This document shows positions 9,216-21,129 of a stretch of 50,069 nucleotides of DNA, in pieces (position 1 is the first letter of the stretch; the number at the start of each line of letters is the position of its first letter). Both the position numbers and the translations under genes were made by a program. Source of the stretch: Cyanophora paradoxa CCMP329. Its lineage: Eukaryota > Plantae > Glaucophyta. The notes under the pieces were generated by a model. The model was not told where the DNA came from and made no database searches. It saw only the letters and a list, made by a program, of their open reading frames with translations. Where the stretch lies: the NCBI GenBank assembly GCA_004431415.1, contig QPMI01000172.1:1-50069 (forward strand), written 5' to 3'.

Positions 9216-11530
9216 ATGCGCTGGGCGACTTGGCCGTCCGCCGCGGCAGGGGTGTTCGTCGTCGCCTTCCTCGCCGGTCCGAGCGCCGCAACCCGCGCAT
9301 ATCCGAGGCCGAAGCCGTTAGAGTGGGCTTCTGACACATCCGCACCGCCGTTGCGCAGTCTCGTGCGCTCAAGAGGTCGGAGACGCGGCCGCTCCTCCTG
9401 CCGATGCCACACCCGCAGTGAACACCACTGCTCTCTACTACGAGGCTCTCGTGAGTCTCTTTCCTCGAATCACCGCTCGCCTCATCACCGCCTGCCCAGG
9501 ATGCCCTGGAAGCGGAGTCCGAGGCGGAGCAGGCGCGTGGCCTGAAGAAGATGGTGGAGGCGTCGGCTCTCGGCAGCCTCGATGCGCTCGCCAAGCTCCT
9601 CGACGTGTACAGGGTCCGCTGCGGTCGCACGCCGGAACCGACGGCGTAGCGCGCTGACGGCGCGCAGTTCAAGACGGAGCTCCCGCGCCGTCGATATCCA
9701 CGCTGCGGGCGCAGCTGTTCGCCCTGGACGAGCACACGCTCGACGCTGACCTCCTGTCCGCCCCGCCGCGCGCCGCCCGCCGCGCGCCGCGCCGCCGCGC
9801 CAACCGTCCCTTAGGTACGACCGCGGCATGCTCCTGGCGACGGGGGCGGGCCTGGAGGAGGGCGGGGATCGCTCGACGGAGGAGGCGCAGGCGGACCTGC
9901 GGAAGGGATCGACCTGATCGCGCGGGCGGCCGAGGCGGGCGAGAAGCGCGCCGTGCAGGCGATGGCGTACGCGCGGCTGACGGGGCGCGACGGCCTGCCC
10001 AAGAGCTGCCCGGAGGCCCTCGAGGACTACATGGAGAGCGCGGCGCACGGCATCCGCGCCACCGAGAACCGCGCCGGTTCCGCCGCCGCCCGCCCGCCCG
10101 CCTGCCCGCCCGCCCCGGCCCCTCGCCCTGATCGCCCTCGGGGCGCAGGGCCGCTGTACCCGCACTACACGGTGCTGCGGGAGGAGGACGAGACGGGGGT
10201 GGACGTGCTCGCGGAGGAGAAGCAGATCCTCGAGATCGACGAGCACGACGCCGTCATGGGCGACCCCGACGCCCAGGCGCGCGGGCGAACGCTCCCCCGC
10301 CCCCTTCCGTGCCCCGCTGACGCGGAGCAGGTGCGGATGGGCCAGCGGCACCTGACGGGTGAGGCGGGCGTGGGGCGGGACCCCGGCGCCGCCATGCAGA
10401 ACTTCCGGCAGGCTGCCGACGCGGGGGACCCGCACGGTGCCTGCCCCCCCAGGCCCCTCCTGCAGGGCGGTGGACGGCCGGCTCACCCGCGGCGGGGCCG
10501 GGGCGCAGGCATGTTCTTCCTTGGGTACCTCCGCCTCTCCGAGATCGTCAACGCCGGCATCGTGCGCCTCGGCCGTACCCCCCGCCCCTCCCCCGCCCCG
10601 CCTCTCACCGTACCCCCCCGCAGCGGAGCGGGAACGGGAGCCGCTCGCCCGAGGACGAGGCGGAGCTGAAGGAGGCGCACTCGCTCCTCGAGCGCGCCTC
10701 CGCCGCCGGCGTGCGCACGCGCATGCGCGGCGCGGGCCGCATCAGCGCCCTGCTCAGCGGTGCCGGCAGGTTGTGGAGGCGACGGCGGCGCTGGGGCAGG
10801 CCTACATCCACTCCTGGGGCGTCCAGGCCAACGTTACGAAGGCGCGAGAGAGCGAGCGGATGTAGAAGAAGACCCGCGACCGCATGCTGAGCCTCCCGCA
10901 GGGCCTGGAGCTGCTGCGGGCGGCGGCGCGGCAGGGGCGGTGGAGGCGACCTTCCAGCTCGGCTCCCTCCTCCTCGACGGCGTCCTCGAGTTCACCATGG
11001 ACGCCGCCTCCGGCTCCACCCGCGTCCGCCCCGCCCCGCCCCGCCCCGCCCCGCCCCGCTCCGCGCAGCTTTGTTGGAACGCTGGGCCCCCGCAGGGGAT
11101 CATGGTGCGTGACGAGGCGCGGGCGCTGCGGTACCTGCGGGCGGCGTACGCGCGGGGGCACTGGCGCGCCGGCTACCCGCTTGCCGTCGTGCACGCCGAG
11201 GGCCGCGCCAACGCCTCCCGCTCCTGCCCCCGGTCCGTCGCGCCCCGTCGCCTCGGCCTCGGCCTGGCCTTAGCCGCCTGGGCAGGGCGGCGCGGTTCGC
11301 GAAGGCGGTGGCGGAGGACAACGGGGACGTGGCGGAGCTGACCGACGCTGCCCACCGCGTCCGCCCGCCCCGCCCCGCCCCGCCCTGCGCGTGTGTCCGG
11401 CCCTCCCTGAGGCGGCCCCGGGCGGGCCGGCAGGCGTGGCGGGAGCTGCGGGACGCGGGGCGGGCCCTCGCTCTCTACGCCGAGGCCGCCCTCCTCGGCT
11501 CCGAGGTCGCCCAGGTGCCCCGGCCCTGCC
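9216..11530 (+). pseudogene. 3'-truncated duplicate of the SEL1L/HRD3-like gene
   Basis: Identical to 16013-18328, but cut inside an intron after 'LLGSEVAQ' and joined to transposon ORF2 sequence. It lacks the C-terminal repeats and TM helix. Confidence 0.8.
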
Positions 11531-11549
11531 AGAATTCAAATGATGAGGA

Positions 11550-12482
11550 CAGTCAAGACAGTCAGAATTCGAATGATGAGGACATGAAGAAGCTTCAGGC
11601 TGAGCAGGCCGAGCAGCAATCTCGGCATCGACAGAACGAGGCTGATGAGGCAGAGATCGCGCGCCGATTTGAAGCCGATTCTTCGCTCCATCGCGTTCAG
11701 AATCCCGAGTTCGAAAGAGCGACTGCCGATTACGGTCGCTTCTTCAAGGACGCTAATGTCCGTCTCCTGGTTCGTTCATTCTTTAACTCTCCTCTCCTTG
11801 TGTCGCTGCTGCAACATCATGATGCAGGAGGAGACTGCAATGGACGTGACACTTCAGCAAGGATCTTCATCACGTTCAGAGCCACTGGACCTGCTGGTCA
11901 CACTTGCCACAGGGAAATCAGCTGCAGCAGTGGCATCAAATATTCCTGATGGGGATGAGTCCGGCTTGTCGTCGGACGAGGAGGAGATGACTACGCACCG
12001 CAGCCAGGTTGGTGGAGATGAGCTTGATTAATGACCTGCCAGGCTGGTGCGCATCCCGCCAGTCCGCATGCGCACGCAAATAAGAAGAATTCCGTCCCAG
12101 CTGCAGATTTCAGGAATACGAAGCATTCATCAAACCGATTAGCTAGCTCTAGGATAGAGCTCGCGCGCAGTATCGCTTGAAGATGGGCTGCTATAGATAG
12201 CTTTTACAGAAAAAATAAAAAAAAGCAAAAAAAACGTAAAAAAGTGAACCGCTGCACCGAAACCAACATTACCTCGGCGAGTTTACCCCGACGTCTTTAC
12301 CTCGCCAACTTTACCTCGGCGAGTTTACACCGACGTCTTTACCCCGCTTTTCACAACTTTACCACCCTGACTTTACCCCGGCGACTTTACCCTGGTGACT
12401 TTACAGTGGTGTAACGCAAACAGCACAACTTTACCACACCCTAAGTTTACCATATGGTAAACTTAATTTCTGGCTCCCAGTG
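11550..12482. mobile_element. Duplicated right end of the CACTA-like element (3' part of ORF2, subterminal repeats, CAGTG end)
   Basis: Copy of 4765-5695; CAGTG at 12478-12482. Confidence 0.7.
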
Positions 12483-12686
12483 TACTGTAGAATGCAAAAC
12501 TTTATTAGTCTAAAATATCGGGGTTTTGGCATCTTTATTACGGTAATAATATTACCTAGTATATATTTAATATTTATGACTTGGCGCTGAGAGCTTTATT
12601 AGCGGCCTTCATTGCAATTGGGGGGTGCCCCCCGCCCCCGGCCCCCCTCCGCGAGCCACGCATGAGGAGGCTATAGCTATGCCCCG

Positions 12687-12717
<31 letters not shown>

Positions 12718-13668
12718 GCCCCTCCTCCAAACCCCGCCCCCCCCCCCCCCCCCCCCCCCGCATGCACACACACAACGCCCAAGTACCCTGCAATGTGCAC
12801 GCGCACAAGTATACGTACCCCCCTTGCCGCAGTGCACCACCGCACGCGCGCGGCCGGCGCCTGCACTTAAGCTTGCTGCACTTGCACAGGGCCGGGCGCA
12901 GTCTGCCAGCTGCAGCTAGCGCTGCATGCGCAGCCGTGACGTCGACGTCGACGTGGGGTCCGGTGGGGAGGCCTATAGCTAGCCGCTAGTGGCTATGTAT
13001 AGACAGTATAGGTCGACGTCGGCGTGCACCATTATTTTCAATTGGCCATGGAACTTCGGAAGGCCGCGGCCGGATCCCGGAGCTCGCGAGTCGCGAGCGT
13101 GCAGGCCTAGGCCTGCATCATGGGCCTCATGGCATGCGAGTCGTGATGCGACGGCCGCGGGCTATACATACATATTTTGACGGGGCTAGCGCTCAGGGCT
13201 AATTATAAGTGGCAATTTTGGTAAGTGGCAACTTTGGTATGCTTATGTATCGACATCATGAAACACGCATTCCTGCTGCGCGAGCTAGCTACTAGGCTAG
13301 CGCTAGGGGCTTCATCTCACTGCTTCACAGAAACACACGTGCACGGGCCGACTGGAGACCCCACGGACCTGCAGCCAGCGAAAGGGTACATGTACATGCT
13401 CAGCTCAGACTAATCTTCCGTTCCTGGAAAGTGTTCCTAAATACGTAAAGCCTCGTCGGTACCCAAGTCTAGACATGATTCCTGGGAAGTATTCTGAAAG
13501 AGTTCCCGATACCTACGTCGAATTGATCTCGCTAAGAGCTGCGTCTACATAGACAAAGAGAACGCAGGCCGACGGGGGACCCCAAAGCCTGCCCTCCCTC
13601 CCCAGCTATGACTAGCGCCAAGCCAGACGCTGTAAAGACTGTATACGGGCGCGCGCGGTGCGGGCCGC

Positions 13669-14422
13669 TCAGGCGACGATCATCGAGGAGAGCTCGAGGG
13701 CTGGGGCGAGCCGCCGGCGCTCGAAGGGGCGGGGGCCGGCGGGGCGCCGGACCAGACGTAGAAGACGGGGGTGCGGGCGAAGCCGTTGAAGTTGGTGGAG
13801 GCGCAGCTCATGGCGTGGCCCATGGCGGGGAAGAGGAGCCAGTCGCCGACCTCCATCCTGGGGAGGCGCGCGTGCCGCAAGATGCAGTCCAGCGAGTCGC
13901 ACGTCTGCCCGTACACCGTCACGTTGTAGAGGGCCTCGCCGGGGGCCGGCGCCCGCAGCGGCAGGGCCACGATCTGCGGCGGCGCCGCCCCCTGCGTCGT
14001 CGCGGGGTTGAAGGAGCCGTACACGCCCTCGTTCACGTAGAAGAGGAAGTCCGGCACGGGCGAGGGCGCCCCGTGCTGCTGCTGCTGCTGCTGAGGGTGC
14101 GGGTGCGGGTGCGATTGCGGGTCGGCGTGTGCCGAGGCGGCCGACGGCCCTGCGCCGCTCCCAAGGGACGAGAGGGCGGAGGAGGCGGAGGAGGAGGGGG
14201 TCACGAGGGGCGGGGGGGAGGACTCGGGGCCTGCCGCGCGGGGGTACAGGTCCGTCAGAGCCGAGTCGCGCGCGGGCGAGGTCGGAGGCGGCGGGGCGCA
14301 CTCGAGTCGGCGGGGCGGCTGTGCTGCACGTCGCGGCGCGCGATGACGTTGACCGCCAACGTCTGGATCTCCTGCGCGCGACAAGGAGGGGCGCGGCTCG
14401 GGTCAGCCGTGCGGCCGGCAGC

Positions 14423-14460
<38 letters not shown>

Positions 14461-15896
14461 AGCGCGGCCGCACCTGGACGAGGAAGCGGCTGGGCTCGGC
14501 GGTCAGGGCGACGCCCTCGGGGACGAGCTCGCCGAGGAGCGGCCCGACGGCGGCGGCGAGCCGCGCGAGGGCTTCTTGGGAGGCCGGCCACGCGGAGCCG
14601 AGGTCCAGCGCGCGGACCTCGTGCCCGTGGCGGGCGGCCGCCGCCAGCGCGTGGCGCGAGAGCCGCAGGCACTCCGCGAGGTGCTCGGGCGTCCAGGCCC
14701 CGCCGCCCGCCGCCAGGCTCAGGCCCACCACGCGCAGCCCGGCGTCCCTCGCAGCCTTCAGGAGCCCCTCCGCGTCTGCGGCGGCGACGGCGGCGGTGAG
14801 CGCGCGCGGCGCGGGAGACGCGACGCTGCCCGCCGCCGGACGCACCGGCGAACGTCGACACGCGCCGCGTGCTGTTCGCCTCGGCATTCGGCTCGCATCG
14901 GAGCTGGAGCACGAGCTCGACGTCCTTGAGCTGCTGGAAGTTCGAAAGGTCTGCCGGCGCAGCGCGTCAGCGCTCGCAAACGAGCGGAGCGACAGGCAAG
15001 CTGACCCGTGTCGGCGTTGAAGGCAAACTTTCTAACTCCGAGAGCCTGCCCGCGTGCCGGCCGGTCAGCGAGCTGTCAGGAGTCTGGCTCTGGGCAGGCG
15101 CTGACGTGTGCGGCCTGGATGTGGCCCCGCGGTACTTGCGGGTTTGCGCAGACCACGGAGTGCTGGTCCGGATCGAATGAGTTCAGCTTGAGCACGTGCG
15201 CGAGGAGTTTCGCCTGCGATGCGCGGTCGGTGGCGGGGCGGCCGGCGGCACATCAAACGCATCACCTCGTTAAGGCCGTCGACCGCGAATACGAAATCAA
15301 GCCAGTGGAGCACATTCAGAATCGCCGCATCGAGGTTACACCTCAAACCTGATCGGCGGGGCAAGTCATAATCAAATGCGCGGGCACGCGCGTTACGCGT
15401 GTGAGCATCCGCGGCCTCGCGGGGGCCGCCGATGGCACTGACCGAAGACGGGTCTTGTCCGAGGAAAAAGCTCCCGCCAGGACGCCGCTCGCCGGGCGAG
15501 CGCGCCCAGATCCAGCACGTAGAACGCATCTTCCAGCCCGCTCACGATCTTGCTGTTCACGACATCCTCTATCTGCATCAGGAGAGCGTTAGTTCGAAAA
15601 CCCAAGCGCGAGAGCGCATGATGGAGTGCGACAACCAAGTTCCCGCGTGGACACTCGTTTGACCGTGAGGTGGCATCTAGGCCGGCCGGGGACGCGACGG
15701 AATAACATGCAGAGCATTTGACACTCTAAATCTTGGCGAGGCCCGCCAATGACGGGCCGGGGGACGGGGGCGTCGGGGGCATGGCGAAGATGCGTACCTT
15801 GGCGTTGGCGGGGAGCGCCTCCACGTCAACGTGCCGCTGGAGCTCGTTGAAGATCGCATCCTCTTCGCAGCGCGTCCGGCTGTTCCCAGCGCCCAT
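13669..15896 (-). CDS. Ornithine decarboxylase-like protein, catalytically degenerate, copy 2
   Basis: Same sequence as 6873-9099. A 1-nt difference in a G run near 13700 alters the last codons, probably a consensus error in one copy. Confidence 0.8.
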
Positions 15897-16012
15897 TTGC
15901 TCGACGAAGAGGCTTAGTTGCGAATACCTTGTACCCCCACAGGCAAGAACTTCGTCGGCCTTCCTCGCTGTTCTGTGGTCGGCGGGAGGTGGCGGACCTC
16001 GAGCGGTTCGAG

Positions 16013-19000
16013 ATGCGCTGGGCGACTTGGCCGTCCGCCGCGGCAGGGGTGTTCGTCGTCGCCTTCCTCGCCGGTCCGAGCGCCGCAACCCGCGCATATC
16101 CGAGGCCGAAGCCGTTAGAGTGGGCTTCTGACACATCCGCACCGCCGTTGCGCAGTCTCGTGCGCTCAAGAGGTCGGAGACGCGGCCGCTCCTCCTGCCG
16201 ATGCCACACCCGCAGTGAACACCACTGCTCTCTACTACGAGGCTCTCGTGAGTCTCTTTCCTCGAATCACCGCTCGCCTCATCACCGCCTGCCCAGGATG
16301 CCCTGGAAGCGGAGTCCGAGGCGGAGCAGGCGCGTGGCCTGAAGAAGATGGTGGAGGCGTCGGCTCTCGGCAGCCTCGATGCGCTCGCCAAGCTCCTCGA
16401 CGTGTACAGGGTCCGCTGCGGTCGCACGCCGGAACCGACGGCGTAGCGCGCTGACGGCGCGCAGTTCAAGACGGAGCTCCCCGCGCCGTCGATATCCACG
16501 CTGCGGGCGCAGCTGTTCGCCCTGGACGAGCACACGCTCGACGCTGACCTCCTGTCCGCCCCGCCGCGCGCCGCCCGCCGCGCGCCGCGCCGCCGCGCCA
16601 ACCGTCCCTTAGGTACGACCGCGGCATGCTCCTGGCGACGGGGGCGGGCCTGGAGGAGGGCGGGGATCGCTCGACGGAGGAGGCGCAGGCGGACCTGCGG
16701 AAGGGGATCGACCTGATCGCGCGGGCGGCCGAGGCGGGCGAGAAGCGCGCCGTGCAGGCGATGGCGTACGCGCGGCTGACGGGGCGCGACGGCCTGCCCA
16801 AGAGCTGCCCGGAGGCCCTCGAGGACTACATGGAGAGCGCGGCGCACGGCATCCGCGCCACCGAGAACCGCGCCGGTTCCGCCGCCGCCCGCCCGCCCGC
16901 CTGCCCGCCCGCCCCGGCCCCTCGCCCTGATCGCCCTCGGGGCGCAGGGCCGCTGTACCCGCACTACACGGTGCTGCGGGAGGAGGACGAGACGGGGGTG
17001 GACGTGCTCGCGGAGGAGAAGCAGATCCTCGAGATCGACGAGCACGACGCCGTCATGGGCGACCCCGACGCCCAGGCGCGCGGGCGAACGCTCCCCCGCC
17101 CCCTTCCGTGCCCCGCTGACGCGGAGCAGGTGCGGATGGGCCAGCGGCACCTGACGGGTGAGGCGGGCGTGGGGCGGGACCCCGGCGCCGCCATGCAGAA
17201 CTTCCGGCAGGCTGCCGACGCGGGGGACCCGCACGGTGCCTGCCCCCCAGGCCCCTCCTGCAGGGCGGTGGACGGCCGGCTCACCCGCGGCGGGGCCGGG
17301 GCGCAGGCATGTTCTTCCTTGGGTACCTCCGCCTCTCCGAGATCGTCAACGCCGGCATCGTGCGCCTCGGCCGTACCCCCGCCCCTCCCCCGCCCCGCCT
17401 CTCACCGTACCCCCCCGCAGCGGAGCGGGAACGGGAGCCGCTCGCCCGAGGACGAGGCGGAGCTGAAGGAGGCGCACTCGCTCCTCGAGCGCGCCTCCGC
17501 CGCCGGCGTGCGCACGCGCATGCGCGGCGCGGGCCGCATCAGCGCCCTGCTCAGCGGTGCCGGCAGGTTGTGGAGGCGACGGCGGCGCTGGGGCAGGCCT
17601 ACATCCACTCCTGGGGCGTCCAGGCCAACGTTACGAAGGCGCGAGAGAGCGAGCGGATGTAGAAGAAGACCCGCGACCGCATGCTGAGCCTCCCGCAGGG
17701 CCTGGAGCTGCTGCGGGCGGCGGCGCGGCAGGGGGCGGTGGAGGCGACCTTCCAGCTCGGCTCCCTCCTCCTCGACGGCGTCCTCGAGTTCACCATGGAC
17801 GCCGCCTCCGGCTCCACCCGCGTCCGCCCCGCCCCGCCCCGCCCCGCCCCGCCCCGCTCCGCGCAGCTTTGTTGGAACGCTGGGCCCCCGCAGGGGATCA
17901 TGGTGCGTGACGAGGCGCGGGCGCTGCGGTACCTGCGGGCGGCGTACGCGCGGGGGCACTGGCGCGCCGGCTACCCGCTTGCCGTCGTGCACGCCGAGGG
18001 CCGCGCCAACGCCTCCCGCTCCTGCCCCCGGTCCGTCGCGCCCCGTCGCCTCGGCCTCGGCCTGGCCTTAGCCGCCTGGGCAGGGCGGCGCGGTTCGCGA
18101 AGGCGGTGGCGGAGGACAACGGGGACGTGGCGGAGCTGACCGACGCTGCCCACCGCGTCCGCCCGCCCCGCCCCGCCCCGCCCTGCGCGTGTGTCCGGCC
18201 CTCCCTGAGGCGGCCCCGGGCGGGCCGGCAGGCGTGGCGGGAGCTGCGGGACGCGGGGCGGGCCCTCGCTCTCTACGCCGAGGCCGCCCTCCTCGGCTCC
18301 GAGGTCGCCCAGGTGCCCCGGCCCTGCCTCCTCCTGGGCCGGCCCGGCCCGGCCCGGCTCGGCTCGAGCGGGCGCGCCCGCCGCGCAGGTCAACGCGGCG
18401 CACCTGATCGTGACCGAGGCCGTCCCCGCCAGCCCCGCCAGGCCCGCCCCGCCCCGCCCGCCTAGATGGGCAGCCTCGGCTGAGCTGACGGGCGGCGCGC
18501 AGGGGATGGCAGGCCCTCGACATGCTGGGGCGCGCCGCCGAGCAGGCGAGAGAGCGCGCGCGCGCGTCCGGACCAGCATAGACGCCAGGCTCGATTCGCC
18601 GCTGAGCGCGGGGCGCGCGCGCGCAGGGCGCGGCGGACGCGATGCTGGCCCTGGGCGACCTCTACTACTACGGCCGCTCCGGCCCCGTGCGCCCGCTCGC
18701 CCTCCGCTTCCGGCGCCCGTCCCCCGCCTCTTACGCTTATATAATTATCGTATTCCGTGCCCCGCAGGTGGCGGCGCCGGGGGGGCGGGACGAGGCGCTC
18801 GCGGCGGACTGGTACGAGCGCGCGGCGGCGCTGGCGGACGTCAAGCGTGACGACTTCCGCGCCGACATCGACTGGGTGCGCCCGCCGCTGCCTGGCGGCT
18901 GCCCGGCCGGCCGGTCGGGCCGAGCGGCTGAGGGGCGGCAGGTCTACTCGAACCGGGAGAGCCTGAACGAGAGCGTGTCGGAGGTGGCGACGTACCGGGT

Positions 19001-20545
19001 CACGCCGGCGGAGGCGGCGCAGCAGTACCAGCGGGGCCAGCAGGAGCGCCTCCGCCAGCAGCAGGCCGAGGCCGAGGGCGCCGCCCCCGACGCCGCGGCG
19101 GAGCCGGCGCCGCCCGGCGACGGGACTCCGCCCTCCGCGGAGGGCGCCGCGGAGGGCGCGGACGCGGCGGGGCAGCCGGCGCCCCTCCCGAGGGGGCGGC
19201 CCAGGCCGACAAGAAGGTCCGTCCGGGGCCCGCTGCCCCCGCCCGCTGCGCCCCGCCCGCCCCGCCCCGCCCGGCCCCGCCCGACGGCCCCGCCCGACGG
19301 CGCCGGCGCGCAGCGGTCGCTGTTCGGGCAGTTGGAGCTGCCGCCGGAGCAGGAGGAGCGCCTCTGGAGCTTCCTCCTCGGCCACGGCATCGCCCCGAGG
19401 ACGTCCAGCTCCTCCCCGCCGACGCCGACGCCGCCGCCGGCCCCGCCGAGGGCCCGGGGGCGCCGGCGCGGCCGGCGGCGGCGGCGGCGCCTTCGGGGGC
19501 GGCGCCTTCGGAGGCGGCGCGGTCGGCGGCGTGGCGGGCGGCGCGGCGGGCGGCGCGGCGGGCTTCTTCGCCGCGGGCGCCGCCGCCGCCGGCGCCGGCG
19601 CGGGGCGATGGACGGGGGGCGGCCGGCGGCGCCGCGGGGCGGACGGCGCGGCGGCGGCGGCGGCGGTGGTCGGGGCCCCGCCGGCTGGGCGGAGGAGGGG
19701 GAGGGAACCGAGGAGGAGTACTTCGATTCGGCGTCGGGCCCCGAGGGGCCCTACGACGACGACGGGTACCCCCGCGGCCCGGAGGGGCACGACGACGGGG
19801 GGTACCAGCCCGCCGACGAGGCGCGGGGCGACGCGGCGGAGGCGGCGGGCGCGGGGCCGGCGGAGGAGCGGGCGCCGCTCACGCCCGAGGACGAGGGGTA
19901 CGGGCGGTCGCCGCGGCAGCGGAGGCGGTACCGGCGGGGCCACTTCGCGGAGGGCGGGGCGGAGGCGGAGGGGCGGGAGGCGCTGCAGCTGCAGGCCGAC
20001 TTCGGCGCGACGAGCTCCGAGTCCGCCCCGCCCCAGGCCCTCTTCAACCTCGCCTGGTGCCGCGAGGCCGGCGCCGGCCGGCCCGCGACTGGGCGGCCGC
20101 CGACGAGGGGTACGCTAAGGCGGCGGCAGCGGCGGGCGAGGCGGGGGACGGCGACTTTGGGCGCGCGGCGCGCGTCTTCGCGATGCGGTTCGTGGCCGGC
20201 GCGGCGCGCGCGCGGCTGCGGCTCCGGCGGCACCTCGCCCTCGGCGGCGAGGCCCTCTCGAACGCCCTCTTCGCCGCCGCCGCCCTCTCCGCCCTCCTCG
20301 CCCTCGCCCGCGCCGCCGCGCGCGGGCCCCGCCTCCCGCCCCGCCCCAGCCCGCCCTCCACTTCGCGCCCCGGCCCCGCGCCGGCGCCGGCCCCGGCGCC
20401 TTCGAATTCGGGGGCGGAGGACGGGGCCGCCCCCTCCTCCCCGACCCACGGCGGCTCCGAGTTCGCGCCCGCAGCGGCGGCCGCGGCCGACGCCGGTGCC
20501 GACGCGCGGGAAGGGCGGCCCGCGCCCCCGCTCGAGGAGGGCTAG
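16013..20545 (+). CDS. SEL1L: SEL1L/HRD3-like ERAD lumenal adaptor (signal peptide, Sel1-like repeats, C-terminal TM helix)
   Basis: N-terminal hydrophobic 'MRWATWPSAAAGVFVVAFLA'. SEL1L-type motifs 'KSCPEALEDY', 'GDPDAQ|VRMGQRHLTG..G..RD...A...F..AADAG', 'SCPR|AARFAKAVAE', 'YAEAALLGSEVAQ|VNAAHLI', 'AMLALGDLYYYG', 'QALFNLAW..E.G.G'. TM segment 'ALFAAAALSALLALARAA'; stop at 20543-20545. Confidence 0.8.
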
Positions 20546-20877
20546 CGCGGGCTCCCGCCTCGAATCCGCCAGAATTTGTGTAGCTCCTAGGCAGTGTAGA
20601 CGAAGGGCGAGGACCGTCGGACGAGCCCGCTTCCGATGCGCCGCGGAGCGAGCCACCGGCACTGCAGGATTCGCTGCACCCGAGAGCGACTCGGCGTATT
20701 CGGGGAACGGGGCGCGGCCGCGGGCACCATTGGTAGCGCTAGCGAATGACCTATAGCTAGGCCTAGGATACAGCTCGCGATCGTCGGAGCGATGCCTTTC
20801 CAACGTAGACCCAGATAATCCTAATCACATGCATGATTGAGAAGCAACTGCAGATTATTCCAATTAATATTATAATT

Positions 20878-20966
20878 TTTTTTGGTGAATTACCGGCCAC
20901 AGTCTCTAGACACCAGCACTGCGGGGGCTGCCCAGGGGGCATAAAGACAAAAAAGCAAAATAACGA
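20878..20966 (-). mobile_element. Short copy sharing the 3' end and poly(A) of the SINE at 47987-48193
   Basis: TTTTTTGGTGAATTACCGGCCACAG(T/C)CTCTAG...CCAGCACTG(C/T)GGGGGC is shared with 47987-48047; flanked by the 12-bp direct repeat AATATTATAATT (20866-20877 and 20967-20978). Confidence 0.65.
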
Positions 20967-21129
20967 AATATTATAATTAACGCCACACTCACGCACACAC
21001 ACAAATTCTGCAGCTATCGAAATCTAGATCTGCAGATAGGAAGGAACTCCAGGAAAGGAAAAGAAGAGAAGCCAGGGCAACTGCAGAACCGCGCAGCACC
21101 TATAGCTAGCTATAGGCTAGGCCTAGACA

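Larger units (their letters stand above)
4765..18328 (+). repeat. Tandem segmental duplication, unit ~6.8 kb (4765-11530 and 11550-18328)
   Basis: The two segments are essentially identical except for short indels, mostly in homopolymers. The junction is at 11530/11531 with a ~20-nt filler. Confidence 0.95.

Noticed and set aside
13669-17740. Frameshift differences between the two duplicated copies as real pseudogenisation or programmed frameshifting
   Set aside because: They are almost all 1-nt changes in G/C homopolymers and occur in both copies, which is typical of long-read consensus error.
7020-20803. Long Arg/Pro/Gly/Ala-rich ORFs in the six-frame track (e.g. 7020-8225, 13608-15020, 18462-19943, 19751-20803)
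   Set aside because: These are shadow or antisense frames of real intron-containing genes in very GC-rich DNA where stops are rare; they carry no domain signal.
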